The notes beneath the pieces are model-generated. The model was not told the DNA's origin, did no database searches, and saw only the letters and a program-made list of their open reading frames with translations. A stretch of DNA of 57,402 bases, counting the filler, from Sphacelaria rigidula (lineage: Eukaryota), in the NCBI GenBank assembly GCA_964200075.2. It is 7 parts of 7 records of this genome, joined end to end, with 100 filler letters (N's around TTAATTAATTAA, not from the genome) between each part and the next. Parts side by side here need not be neighbours in the genome. Positions count along the whole stretch, not along the records: positions 16,431 to 24,545 come from CAXNAA020012249.1; positions 24,646 to 32,760 come from CAXNAA020012250.1; positions 32,861 to 40,974 come from CAXNAA020012251.1; 4 more parts are not named here. One strand, given 5' to 3'. Of this stretch, positions 21,954 to 34,059 are shown in pieces. A program made the position numbers and the translations under genes. The first letter of the stretch is position 1, and every line of letters starts with the position of its first letter.

Positions 21954-22796
21954 ACAGGAGGGGATCGTTCCAAACGCTCAATCATCACAAGCGCATCATT
22001 ACTGGTTGCTAGTCTGCAGCTTCTCGCGTGTGACACCAAAGCGAACGACCACTGCCATGACGCGTGCCCAGCTCGGAGAACCGTCAAGGAGGGGGTACTG
22101 AATGTGAATAGAGGGCAATGAACAAAATGGGTGTATAGTAGCAGATTGGCGCGAAAGGGCCTGATGGGCACGGAGGGGCCTTTCCCAACGACAGCATCAA
22201 GAGAGGGGGTATACCCCGACGCTCATTGCCAGAAAGTGGTACAGTTCTTGAGGTGCACGAAGTGCCCCTCACGAGTCATCAATGCCGTAATCACCGCCGC
22301 CTTTTTTTTGGTTCAATACGCGGTTATAAACAAACAGCGTAGCCTAGGGAAGCGCGTCAGGGCGAAAAAAATAGAGCGATAGTCTTCTGAGCCCGCGTGT
22401 TGAGCCCCCCCCGTTTGATGTGCTCACTTTTGGCGCAACTTCGAGGAGGAGGACGGGGTACCCCTTTTTGTTCGAGGCCGTTACGGCCGAGAAGGCTCCT
22501 CCGCCGAAATTTATTATTTTTGTCTGTCCGCCCTTCATCACGAAGCTCCGAGCCATGCACGTTTTTGAGCCATATTAAGTCGAAGCCCCGCGGCGCGAGA
22601 CAATCATCCTACGGCCCATCTATGATCGCTCTACATGCCCTCACCAAGTGTCAGCACTTCATTGGGGCTCCCGGGTCTCTATTTCGACCGTGTGTTATTG
22701 ATGCACGGAACGAACAAATCCAGTCCGACCTTGTTCGAGGGGTATCGTCAGTCTTGGTTGTCGTAACTTGAATCGAGGCAATTTTCGACGGCTAAT

Positions 22797-23090
22797 GCCG
22801 CCGCGCCCGGGTAGTGTAATGGTCCGACTGTCGCCATTAGGGTCGAGAGGGCGAGGGTTCGACTAACGATGCGCTAGGAGTATTCTTCGTGATATCTGAT
22901 TTCCACTGTGGAAAGCGTGAACGCGTGAGTAAACGAAGTAGTCGACTGAGTTCGTTTGACGTGAGTTGACGCGCTTCGGAAGTGCTGGCCCAATCCGCGG
23001 GACAAGAATGCAGAGCGTGTGCTGGGGAGAGATGGGTTGATCCCTTGAGACAAAGTGCGACAAACGAATGGTAATAAATAATAACAGAAA
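22797..23090 (+). mobile_element. tRNA-derived SINE family B (single body unit)
   Basis: gtagtgtaatggtccgactgtcgccatta...gagggttcga. Body and 3' end match the 20258 copy. Confidence 0.8.
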
Positions 23091-24545
23091 TAAATTGATG
23101 TATTGGGTCTATCATCATCGAAAGAACGTTTTGTGGACAAGTCCTGCAAATTTCGGAGATATCCATACGGCCCATTCTTGTCGAGTTCTGCCGACGCCGT
23201 TAGGCTTCTCATCGCGGACGAAGTTCTCATCTCTATCATTGGATCGCCGTCGCCGGCCTAAGGACGCAACTCCCGCCAAGCCACGGCGCTTCCCCCTCCG
23301 CGACATGCCCTGGGGTGTCATTGGCAAGGTTCCTTATGACTCTCGAACGCCTGGGAGCGCCACGGCCTACACATGGGGCAGCTCTCCGAAGTGCTTCGTT
23401 GTCATCGGAATTGTTCGGACTTCTCCAACAACTAAAGTTCCGGGGGAAAAAATCATGCCGCTTCATTTTCGGGCACGTCCAAACGCAGAAGTCCAAACTG
23501 TCCGAAATGTTCGAATGATCACCAGGAAAACGGTGTGGATGATGATGGGCCTTCACTTTCGCACTCCCAAAGTTCTGCCTTGTTCGTGCTTCCGGCGTTG
23601 TGCTCCGCTTGTGTATCCGATCCCCTTCACTCGGAAGGCTGGAGGAGGATGTCAACGTACGTCACCAGCACAGCCCGGGAGAAAAATGTGCTAGAAGAAT
23701 CGCGCTGGGCGCGTAGACGCGTGTGCTGTGCTGTACTTCAACTGTGCTCCCGGCGTCGGAAGCAGTGTGCGAACGCAACCCATTTCCCCGCCTCGCGATG
23801 GGTTTGGGTTTTAACCCTTCGACGGCGACCCCCCCCCGCTGGTAGACTGAGGTAGACACTCCACTGTTTGGGTTCAGAATCATTCCTTTGTCACAACTCA
23901 AAACGCCTACTCTACGGCGGAAGCGACCGGGAGTGCATAAGAGGCACATAGTTTCGAGGGTCAGAACACCGACGGTGGTGTGGTTGTCGACCACCTGATT
24001 ATTACGCCTCATGGTGTTGCTGTGCAGTCTGCCGTGTATCGTGCCGCGGCTGCACGCGCGGTCTGCAGGGTACTGGATCTTACAGTGTTGAACGTGCCGA
24101 GTGCACGCAGCGTGCGTTTCGAATATCGCACCGTGACTTACCGCCACGAACGCCCCTGACTACCCTAGAGCAATTGCTCGGCGATGGCGGTCGCCTCACC
24201 GTCGTAGTACTTGTCTACATCTACGTGCGTAGGATACTCCTGGCCGCCGCTCGCGTGTTGCGCCATGACGTTTTATACCAGATGGGGGTGTGGAGCTAGT
24301 AGGACGCTCAGGCAGTACTGAATAAACAGACACAGTAGTGTACCGAAGATGCTCGAACACCTGCTTTTTGGTTATATGGTCTATGGTTGATTTGGCATTA
24401 TCAAAATGAGATTCGAGGGTAGACGGTGAATGTGTCTACCAGCTGTCCACCTCTACCGGAACAAAAGTGCTCATTTTGACGACCGTGATTGGTCAGAAAG
24501 GTCATCCCGCGCCTCTCCGGCCTCGTGCACGGCTCATAATTTTCC

Positions 24546-24645
24546 NNNNNNNNNNNNNNNNNNNNNNNNNNNNNNNNNNNNNNNNNNNNTTAATTAATTA
24601 ANNNNNNNNNNNNNNNNNNNNNNNNNNNNNNNNNNNNNNNNNNNN
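24546..24645. other. Artificial contig linker
   Basis: N44-TTAATTAATTAA-N44. Confidence 0.98.
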
Positions 24646-24718
24646 TCTAGAATCGTTAGGAGCCCCTGAACCAGACAAAATTTCGCGAAAAAAGTGCACC
24701 CCTACCGTAGCATTGCTC
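24646..24718. mobile_element. End of a GAG-terminus MITE
   Basis: aaaaagtgcacccctaccgtagcattgctc matches the family TIR. Confidence 0.7.
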
Positions 24719-25735
24719 GGTCCTGGGTGAGAAACTAGTTTCGGAACCATGTTGGCGTCCGTTCGGGTACCCGGAATTCTCCAAAAATGGTTTTTCACCT
24801 AGGACCCCAACATCTCGGTGATCGAAACCCAAATTTCTATGGCATGTAGCAGTTGTCAAGATCTATTAGTAGGTGAAGAAATGGAACCATATTTCGACGA
24901 TTTGGTGTGGATGCGAAGATTTCAATTTTCCGGGTTTCTCATACCCAATAAAAGACCCATCCCCAATTCGTAAGATCCCGTGTTCGTAGCTGAAACCGGA
25001 CCGACGGCAACGGCGTCGCATGATCTAAGATTCATGATGATGCCGTACCCGATGCTGGTCATTGTTGTGGTTGTCGAAGTTCACTTTTACACCCAGGATT
25101 ATTATGTCGGTGTGTACGATGGACAGAGTGTATAACTGTAGAGTCGTACTGCCTCTTCGAAGCTCTTGTCTTGAACGACGCTCGTGCATGTAATCACCTA
25201 CCTTACCGCGAGTGAAGCATATAATTTGGAATATTGACAATATCCCTGATGGTTCTACAGGAGAAGCTGTAATTATTGTACTATCTTGTCCATGCACCTT
25301 TCAGCCGATACTCTACGCTTTACTCGTCTTTTGTTTTCCACGCATGGTGGCCTCAATTCGTCTAGGCTGAAGCGTTGGTCTCTTTCAGCATTGTGCTCTA
25401 TATATAACTATAGTCATATGAACGGTCTTCACTCCATCAGTAGTAAGTCTTCGGATATTATGGTGTACCCGTATGGGCTCATCCGTCCCGAAGCTGACAC
25501 ACCTGTCTTAGAAGTACGGCGGAGTCTTGTCCCTGTAACGTTTTTAGTCTATTGAATCGCCGCATCAAGATATGGTGTCGTTGCGTCGACGAGTTTTTGT
25601 GATTGGAGGCTAAAGCTTCCCGGGTGATTTTGTCGTTTGGCTATGATAAACCCTTCGGCTCGAAAAACAAGAGGTAGCTGGCTGCTGCGCCAGTAGTATA
25701 GTCAGTACGGGATTTTTAACAGCTGTTCCTTGCAG

Positions 25736-25883
25736 CGGTCGAAATATCCTTCTTCCTGCGTATGTCGTACTGTTGCTGCATCGATTACGGCGCTTTCAGT
25801 TTTTCCTTGAAACGGTCGAAATATTACTTTTCTTGCGCATGTCTTACTGTACTGTTGCTGCATCGATTTTGGCGCGTTCAGTT
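25736..25883. repeat. Diverged ~77-bp tandem duplication
   Basis: cggtcgaaatat...gtactgttgctgcatcgatt..ggcgc.ttcagtt occurs twice. Confidence 0.75.
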
Positions 25884-26229
25884 ACGACGTTTCTACATCC
25901 TGTTAACAAACTCCCCCATTAATTTCCCGGGGGTGCCTTCCCCCATTAGCCGTGTCCGATCGCCCCGGATGGGTGAGTGGAATTATGGCGCGCGTAGCTT
26001 CCACTCTAGGTACGTTCTTGCGTCATATTTACTCATTCTCTTGACGTTTCTTAGCTGCTGCTGACGCCCATGATGGGCCGTCCGCTTCGCTCGTGCTAAC
26101 CACTGCAGTCACCTATCCATAGTTACAAACCCGTTGTCATGGGTATGTGGCTTGTGCTAGGAACAAGCTCACACGTTCGACTGTTTCACGGACAGGAACG
26201 GGTCCAACGTGTATATTATATACAGGATG

Positions 26230-26611
26230 TGTTGTGTGTGTGTGTGTGTCTTGTTGCCATCCCATCTGTTCTGGGCGCCAGTCTACACCTTTCAGTATAT
26301 TATGTGGGCGCATCAACCGAAGTCACACAGGAGGAAGGCCAATGCAGGAGCTTCTCCTTTCTTCTTTTGTTCCAGTACTCCCCTTTCCTCCTGCGGTGCT
26401 AGCGGTTTTGGTTTATCGCGAGAGGGGCGCGGCGGTCCCTTCCCTCGTCGGCCGCGAAGTCGAGTTTTGTGTACCCACGACAATGTCTCTCTCCACTGTT
26501 TGGCACGGTGTGAGAACAAAATCCTAGATTGTGTGACTGCATCGAGATTCGTACCCACGACCCGACCGTCAGAAGGTTTCGAGGTATCAACTGAGCCACC
26601 GGGGTGACCGC
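26230..26611 (-). mobile_element. tRNA-derived SINE family A, near full length, (CA)n tail
   Basis: Minus-strand head cggtcaccccggtggctcagttgatacctcgaaaccttctgacggtcgggtcgtgggtacgaatc (A and B boxes). Body shared with the 3979, 4686 and ~12270 copies. Ends in CA repeats. Confidence 0.85.
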
Positions 26612-27509
26612 CTACAGGATGGAAGCTTGAAATAACTTACTTCACTGCATGCATAAAAGGATGTCGACTAGCAGAGGGTCCACAGTGGTGGTCAAACTCA
26701 CCTGTGCTGTGCAGCAAGAAAGCATTCAATAGTTTCCACAGGCGCATATTTGGAGAACACGGAATAATATTTTCAGCCTCTACTTCAAACAAAAAAGCAG
26801 GAACGAGTTATAGAAAAAGAAAGTAGGAGCGTGGTAACCATGGGTGAAGCCTGGCGGTACGCTGACTGTGAGCTCTCAGAGCAAAAGTAAAAACCTTGTA
26901 ACGGAAGACCGGTACGTCCAACCCTTCGTTATATGAACTCGAACGCTTAACCTCTCGAACTATATAAAACTGTATATTCAACCATTCGTTCTAGAAACTG
27001 CGCGATTGACCTCTACGTACAACCTTTCGTGACTAAAGACCTTCACGTCTGACGAAATCGTATGTTAGCACAAGATAGACTGCACGTCTACTTTAATTCA
27101 AACTGAATAGTAGATCGAAAACGACCAAGATGAGCTGCCACGTTTTGTCCTTCCTCTTGCTTGACAAAACCCAAAACAGCAAAGCAAACAAAAACGTAAT
27201 TCCATTGTCTTGCATGTGTCATTTTAACTTTCAACACCTCCCGGTCAGCAGCGACACAACACGTCCAATTCCGGCAACAACTACAACAACGTTGGTCGAC
27301 ACGACCGGTCGCTACACGACTGTGGACCACATCGCTTTGCAAGCATCACCAACCATGGAGCCGGAAACACTGCACATGCTGTTGTGTTGTTGAGAGTCCG
27401 CCGCGAACGCCCTCGCGATTCCTGGTTTCTGATGTGCTCCCGAACAGGTTGTTGTGTAGACAACGCTACAACTACTCCTACAATCCCCGGTCCCGCCAAG
27501 ATAGAAACT

Positions 27510-27700
27510 TCCGTGGGGCGTGGGAGGGGGGGGGGGGGGGGGGGGAAAAAAAAAAAAAAAAAAAAACAAAAAAAAAAAAAAAAAAGGGAAAGGCAAACCC
27601 CCGACCTCCAATCCCGGCCNNNNNNNNNNCCCCACCCCACCCACCCCAAAACCACAAAGAAAGAACCAAAAAAAACAGAAAGGGAGAGAAGGAGGAGAGA

Positions 27701-27737
<37 letters not shown>

Positions 27738-28055
27738 AACATATCTATAATAACATAGCCAAAAACGAAAGTAGGCACGAACCAAACCAATTGTACAGAG
27801 CTAATGGCTTTGTGCGAAGACTGAGACACAAAACCAAGGAGTAACACCCTGCCTAAAAGATCGAACGTCCTTCCCATAAAAGCATTATCGTAGGGGAGGG
27901 CGCGCGCGGGGGGGGGGGGGGGGCGTACCTATTTTTTGCCTCCCTTAGTCGTTTTACCATTGACCACGCCTCCGTTTCGGAGAGGGGGGGGGGGGGGGGC
28001 GACGTTGTTCGGCGTCTCGCGGCCGGTCGGCGTGTTGGCGCGTCCCGCCCGCGGG

Positions 28056-28088
<33 letters not shown>

Positions 28089-28090
28089 CT
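27510..28090. other. Low-quality homopolymer-rich (poly-G/poly-A) sequence around a gap
   Basis: Very long G and A runs, a 10-N gap at 27620, and a corrupted copy of the 66-bp repeat. Confidence 0.7.
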
Positions 28091-29677
28091 ACTGCATACT
28101 GTACGTGCCGCTCTCTCAGCTCAAACGTGTAAGCAGGGGTCGTGACAATCCATCACCATTTGATTCTGGCGAAGATGTGTGAGTTTGACATACTGTACAA
28201 GAAACCCTGTCTCCCATCCCCAAAAGCCAAGAGGACAGCTGACGGGAATATGGCCTATGCCCCCCTCACTATGCCCCCATGCCCCTCCCTGCCCCTTCCT
28301 CCATTTTCACCGAGACAGAATACGTATGCTACAACGGAGCGGAAGGGGAGGAGGGGAGGGGAGTGAAAAGGACTATCACAGACGCCGTACGTAGTGTGTA
28401 TTTCCACTCTTTGTCGAATCACTTCTGGCTTACAAGAGGAACATCAACAGTCAATTCACCCCCTGTGACGCCCGCTGTTGCTTGTTCGTTCAGCGTGTTT
28501 GTCCGTACAAGAACATTGGTGCTCGCTCGCTGTTATGAAAACTATATGAAGGGATTCTGAGGGAGTTGTCCCGTACCTATCATACGCATTACTCAACGGG
28601 AGCGGTTTCGAAGGGAAACGTGAAAGTGTCAACACACACACATATATAAACATGCAAAAAACGTCATGCATGGCCACGTTACAATTCATGACCGACGGCT
28701 TCATCGGTAGGCACTACTGCTGTTCGGCATGCGATGAAGGATTCTCTGTGAACACTACAAAGCAAAATCCCTCGTCAAGCACGTATTTTTTGGTGGGTCA
28801 CACGCCATGTTGGGCGGTTCCCATTTCCATCAACAAATGCACGCGCGGAATAAAATAATCGCTCGCGCTCTATGCGCATGTTTTATCACTACTGCAGTAC
28901 ACGCACAATTGCGTCAAAATTCTACAGCCGGTACGATGGGGTGCGTATCCCTATGCATGGCATGTACTTCCACAAGAGAAGATAAAAGGGAAACCCGCCA
29001 CATGACAAGGTCCGAAAGCCGCTGGCGGACGGTCTTTCGCTCGACGTCTGATCCTGTGCTTCAAACGTATTTCAGAGTGTGTTGGGGGGAAGGTGCCGCC
29101 ATTGACCCTTTCCTTTTCAAAAATGGTCGTGGTGAGTAAGCGTGACCTGGGATACCCTGGGCGGTGGACGCAATACCCGAGTATTCGATAGTACGTTAGG
29201 TACCAACTGAGAAATACCTACAAAGTAATCGAGGGTAGTTACCCAAAAAGATGGATACCCGTACACGCCCGCGCGCCCGCGCTCGTTCCCGATCCCAGTA
29301 TTTGCTTAGCCTGTGCGAACCGCATTTGGAAAGAGAGACAGACGACGTTGTCTGACGCACGGCGGTGCATCGCGTGTGCAGACAATTGTGCCCACCCAAT
29401 CCGATACTGCGCCAGCCGTCGGACGCTTGATATAAGCCGGACCAAAAAAATGAAGTCGAACTCTCGAGCCCGCCACACGACCGTACCCCGTCATAATCCA
29501 CCATCTTCACCCATGCACCCTCTCTACATCTGAATGTGGAGTTCCCACTGTACTGCACTATCCAGTACAAGTCAGTTCACCCGGAGAAAGAACCATGGAG
29601 TATATACATTTTTCATACATAGCATGATCACAAGATGACAACGCGAGAACCCCGAGCTGACTGCTCGGCGGCACCGT

Positions 29678-29803
29678 CTAGTATTCGTACACGTTCATGG
29701 CGTATTCGCCACCGCACGTTTCTCCAGCGTCGCCAGCGCACGGCATGTCGCAGTCTGGGGAATTGCCGTGCCGTTCGTAGTCAGGGTCATCTCCGCACCA
29801 GCA
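29678..29803 (-). CDS. WSC domain protein, terminal exon (CWCGDDPDYERHGNSPDCDMPCAGDAGETCGGEYAMNVYEY*)
   Basis: Canonical second half of WSC: C-W-C-G...C-x3-C-x-G-x5-CGG-x5-VY. Acceptor ttttccgcag, TAG stop. Confidence 0.92.
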   Translation of the reverse strand, partial: CWCGDDPDYERHGNSPDCDMPCAGDAGETCGGEYAMNVYEY

Positions 29804-30361
29804 CTGCGGAAAATGGCACGGAAATCCGCATAAAGCACGATTTGAATATGACATATTATCGCAGCGAATGCTCAGCACACCCGAGAGTACTCTTTAGCTT
29901 GCTCTCCTGACAGGGCATATATTATTGAAGCAGATGCAAGCGGCTCAAACATGAAATTTTGATAGGGTGTCGAATGAAAACTGTGGTATGTGAATGATCC
30001 TACGATGTGTGGGGAGGGGGGGAGGCGTACTCATTTAGGGGGGGGGGGGGATTTTTGCACAAAAAATAGGGTCACGAATGTGCTACACAACCTCATACGC
30101 CAGTGATCAAGTTGAAAATGGGCGGAAACTGTGTCAAGGGGTTTGAGAAGGAACTCGGAAGTAAATAACAAGAAAAATGGTGCGCATATTTCACCTTGCC
30201 GCGACGTTCGCAAGAAGCCCCTTCGTGCAACAACTGGCCCAAACCAAGTCCCTGTCCTACTGTAGGTACCACTCATTTTCCAATTTTCAAATTGGTTGGT
30301 GTCTCGGGCCATTCCAAATTCGGCATTGGATTTCTGTGACAGAAAAGACTTTCATTTTTTC

Positions 30362-30645
30362 CAGGGCTATACACGTTACACGTGCCATAGCATTACACGT
30401 TACGTTCACGTTACTTTTTGGCCGAAACGTAACGTTAACGTAACGTTAATTTTTTTTAACCTGATGAACGTAACGTGAACGTAACGTTAAACGCCCAAAT
30501 ATAACGTTAACGTAACGTTAATTGTTTTTAACCTGATGAACGTAACGTGAACGTAGCGTTGAATCTTCGAACGTAACGTGAACGTTAATTTTTTCGTACG
30601 TGATAAACGTAACGTGAACGTGAACGTGTAACGTGTATAGCCCTG
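30362..30645. mobile_element. hAT-like MITE: 22-bp perfect TIR (CAGGG...) filled with AACGT/ACGTT subterminal repeats
   Basis: cagggctatacacgttacacgt / acgtgtaacgtgtatagccctg with dense taacgtgaacgtaacgtt repeats inside. No 8-bp TSD found. Confidence 0.8.
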
Positions 30646-31292
30646 GTAATTTTAGAATATATTTTCAGAACCAATCAGAACTTTTCAAGAACCTGCTCAG
30701 AACGTGACCCCTCTCCCATATACCCTCATCCACATTGTTGATACAGAAGTCCTACAGTATATGTAGCAGTACAGAATACTACACTGAACACAAGACATAA
30801 GTCCTACAGTGTTATTAAAACTTTTTAGAACTACTGTACATACAGATATTGGAGGTACTGAGGATCCAATCAATCCCGTAAGGGAGCTACGATACCGCTC
30901 ATCATCCGATCCCGCAAGGGAGCTATAACACTGTACATACCACTGTAGTGCTACTGTTGTGCAGCAAATCACTTCGTGCTTTAGTTGTGCTCGTCGTCGA
31001 TGAAGCAGCAAGCAGGGAGAGGCTAGTCGATTGCAACCAATATGTGAAGATGGCGTGAGAGGCGAAAATAAGCGGATAGCAGTGATCGTGTGTATTTGTG
31101 CCAGGCCAACAGACATGCCACAAATCAATTTGTGCCAACAGGCATTCCACATATCAATGTTTTCCCGACCAATTTGTGCCAACAGACATGACACGAATCA
31201 ATGTTTTTCCGACCAAAAGAAGGAACGTGTCTCCATTTCTCAGGCTCTCGCGCGTGCCACTCCTCCTGACACGTCACATTTTCCCCACCACC

Positions 31293-31552
31293 ATGTCCCT
31301 CTCCACAGCGCAAAAAGCCTACATCGCCAAGATGCCCGCCCGTCAGCAAGCCAAACTCAACGAGTATGACACTGCCAAGATCAAGGACATTTTGAAGATG
31401 ATGAGCGACGACGACATTCAGGCCAAGACGAAACCCCCCCCGAAAAGGAAGAAAGACTTCGACATGCTTTCGGCGTGGGACGTGACCGGCACCCACGATG
31501 GCTGCCTGGTCTGCGGGAACTGCAACCTGGTGCAGTCCACATTCAGCCTACA
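31293..31552 (+). CDS. First exon of a putative BED zinc-finger protein or hAT-transposase N-terminus (probably a truncated relic)
   Basis: ccaccaccATG start, GC3-rich codons, basic PPKRKK stretch, then S-A-W...L-V-C-G-N-C. Donor CA|GTAAGT. No downstream exon seen. Confidence 0.5.
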
Positions 31553-32011
31553 GTAAGTTGTGCAGTTTCTAGTTCCCCTTCCGTATCTATCTGTGATCTC
31601 GCTTAGTCGATCCAACCTACGCCGATGCTCACCAAAACGGTCAGGTGATCAAAATTCTCCCCTGTTTTTTTTATCGCCTGACCGTTTTTTGTTGAAAAAC
31701 CGTGTTTGGCCAAAAGTAAAAGTGCGGCCAGCGGGAAATGTAACGTTGCCCTGGAACGGTCTCAATGAGTAGAGCAAGTCACTCCGAGGCGTCAACAACC
31801 GCCTAGCCCTTTTTTAGGCGTAAAACGACGGAGAAGGACCAAAAAAGCAGTTTTAAACAAGATATTTGAACGGCTCCCATTATAGAGTTGGCCGAACAAA
31901 TTGTGTTCTTTGTTTTTTTAATTTCTTATTTCCTGTCTGCAGTTCCACGATTTCGGAGAAGAAGAGAGCTCGTCAACTCAGTGCAATAAGGCTCATAAAG
32001 CAGCTAGGACA

Positions 32012-32304
32012 CACGGGTGGCCACTGGGGTCTGTAACCTGGCCATTTTGGGACCTTATCCACCTTTGATAAGGTCCGCGGATTGGGTAGACAACTGAAGA
32101 GTATTCGCACAGCATGGACAGGACCGAAACAAAACATGTCCCAGTCTATAGGCGGGTGACTCCCCTGTAGACTGGAATATGTTTTGCTTCGAACTTGTCC
32201 ATGCTGTGCGAATGCTCTTCAGTTGTCCACCTAATCCGGGGACCTTACCAAATGTGCATAAGGTCCCAAAATGGACAGGTTACAGACCCCAGTGGCCACC
32301 CGTG
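32012..32304. mobile_element. 293-bp near-perfect palindrome (foldback MITE, CAC...GTG termini)
   Basis: Arms of about 140 bp are reverse complements with almost no spacer. Flanked by CA on both sides. Confidence 0.9.
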
Positions 32305-32760
32305 CAGCCTCTATCCTTCGTGACCGTCAACCCCCCCAATACGAATGCCACCGTCAACGAAGGGTAGACTACATACTTCCTCTGTCCTATAAGTGAAGGT
32401 ACCTAAATTTGTACGGGCCCTTAACGATGTCCGATCGTTTTTTTTTATTATGAACTCTACGGTGTTTTTTGAGTTAAGAAAATGTGTTTAAAATTTGCAG
32501 CTCGTGCATGAACCATGCCGCCGAACGTCTGCAAGAAAAGTAGTCGGCCCAAAAATGGCTGTTTTTTGCCCCTTTCCGAGGGGAAAAAAAGTGTCGAACT
32601 AAAAAAAAATCACCCCCGCCTTCACTGGGGCTTGCTGCCAGGAAGTCCCACGCGATTTAAAAAAAAAAAACAATCGACGCTTTTTTTCCCCTTTGGTGGG
32701 TTAAAAAAAAAGCCCGTTTTGGTGCGAATACTTTTTTTTTTCTATTAAAGGGCAAGGTTC

Positions 32761-32860
32761 NNNNNNNNNNNNNNNNNNNNNNNNNNNNNNNNNNNNNNNN
32801 NNNNTTAATTAATTAANNNNNNNNNNNNNNNNNNNNNNNNNNNNNNNNNNNNNNNNNNNN
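32761..32860. other. Artificial contig linker
   Basis: N44-TTAATTAATTAA-N44. Confidence 0.98.
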
Positions 32861-32999
32861 CTAGAACGAACCCAAGGGTGGGAATTTCCAGCTACCCATT
32901 GTGCTCGGCTTTTCCCATTTCGATTTACGTGAAGAGTTTGCCTCCCAAAACCATGCACATTTTTTTGGGGGGGGCTACCGTAGAAAGTGTAATCGTTGT

Positions 33000-34059
33000 T
33001 CATTTGGACGAAGGGGAGATGCAGATCCTAATCTGGTTGCCGTTCGTTTGTGACGGCTGACAGCATTTGCGCCATCGTATGGTTGACACGTTCCGTTCCA
33101 CCGTTCGTTTGGGGGTGGTACGGACTTGTAAAGATGCGGTGGGAACCCGAATGTGCACTGACCGCAGCAGAAAGTTTGCCAGAAAATTGTTGGCCGTTAT
33201 CGGACAACAATGTCCGGGGCACACCCCATTATGGCATGTAGTAATACACAAGGAAATTGGCAGTGCCCTCTGCGGAAACGTTGGTTCCAGAGACAGCATG
33301 CATGACGGCGTGGCGACTGAATCGATCAGTGATCAACAAAATGTAAATGTTGCCACTTCCCGTAAGAGGCAACGGTCCGAAATATTCCCAAGCTATAACT
33401 TCAAGGGGCCCATTGGGAAGCGGCATGGACATAACTGGCCAACGCACAGTCTGGCGAGACGTCTTGTGTGCCTGACAAATCAAAGAACGACGTACCCACC
33501 AACGGACACATTGATCGATACCTATCCACCAGTAGAATCGCTCGATGAACTGGGTCGTCCGAACTGTACCCAGATGGGTCGAAACGTTGCAATGGCACCC
33601 GTGCAGAACCCATGTTTGCATCAGCATTGGCACGTAAATGGGAAGAGGTTCTTGACCGAATAATGGAGCATATCTACCGGTAGGTCGGTCGGACTGAGGT
33701 GTCCACGTGGGTTTGCTGATCAAGAGTACAATACCATCATGATCCATGTCCAGTTTGTCTTTGCGGGCCAGCTCAACAGCTTCATCCTGTGTGGGTACCT
33801 GGCGCTGTCCGACAGATTTTAGAATATTCGCGGAGGGGAGTGGGAGGGGGCAATTTTGGGACAGGTAAAGTATCGCTGCGCGGCACACAGGCTTGGCTAT
33901 TTGTTCTCGCGCCCAACCTTGGCTGGAAAACAAGCTTAATCTTTCTTTTTGTTCACCGTCGACATTGGGGCCAAGGAGACAGTCGTAGGCATCGTTCACA
34001 TTGTCTGTTCGACTGCCACCCTCGGAAGGTAGGGCATAAGGGGGGGTATACTCCGACAA
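33000..34059 (-). pseudogene. Gypsy integrase (HHCC zinc finger plus DDE core), frameshifted
   Basis: ORF 33229-34059 continues into ORF 33028-33222 in another frame. One Cys of HHCC and other conserved residues are mutated. Confidence 0.9.

Noticed and set aside
25030-25720. Coding-like composition
   Set aside because: The minus-strand frames are interrupted by stops, the plus-strand ORF is short, and no motif was recognised.
27281-28145. Poly-Pro/Phe/Lys/Gly ORFs or a G-quadruplex cluster
   Set aside because: Homopolymer runs beside a gap, together with a corrupted copy of a known repeat, indicate sequencing error.
30380-30630. CRISPR-like array (also 31095-31190 and 51245-51690)
   Set aside because: The repeats are degenerate and lack unique constant-length spacers. 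There are no cas genes and the context is eukaryotic.
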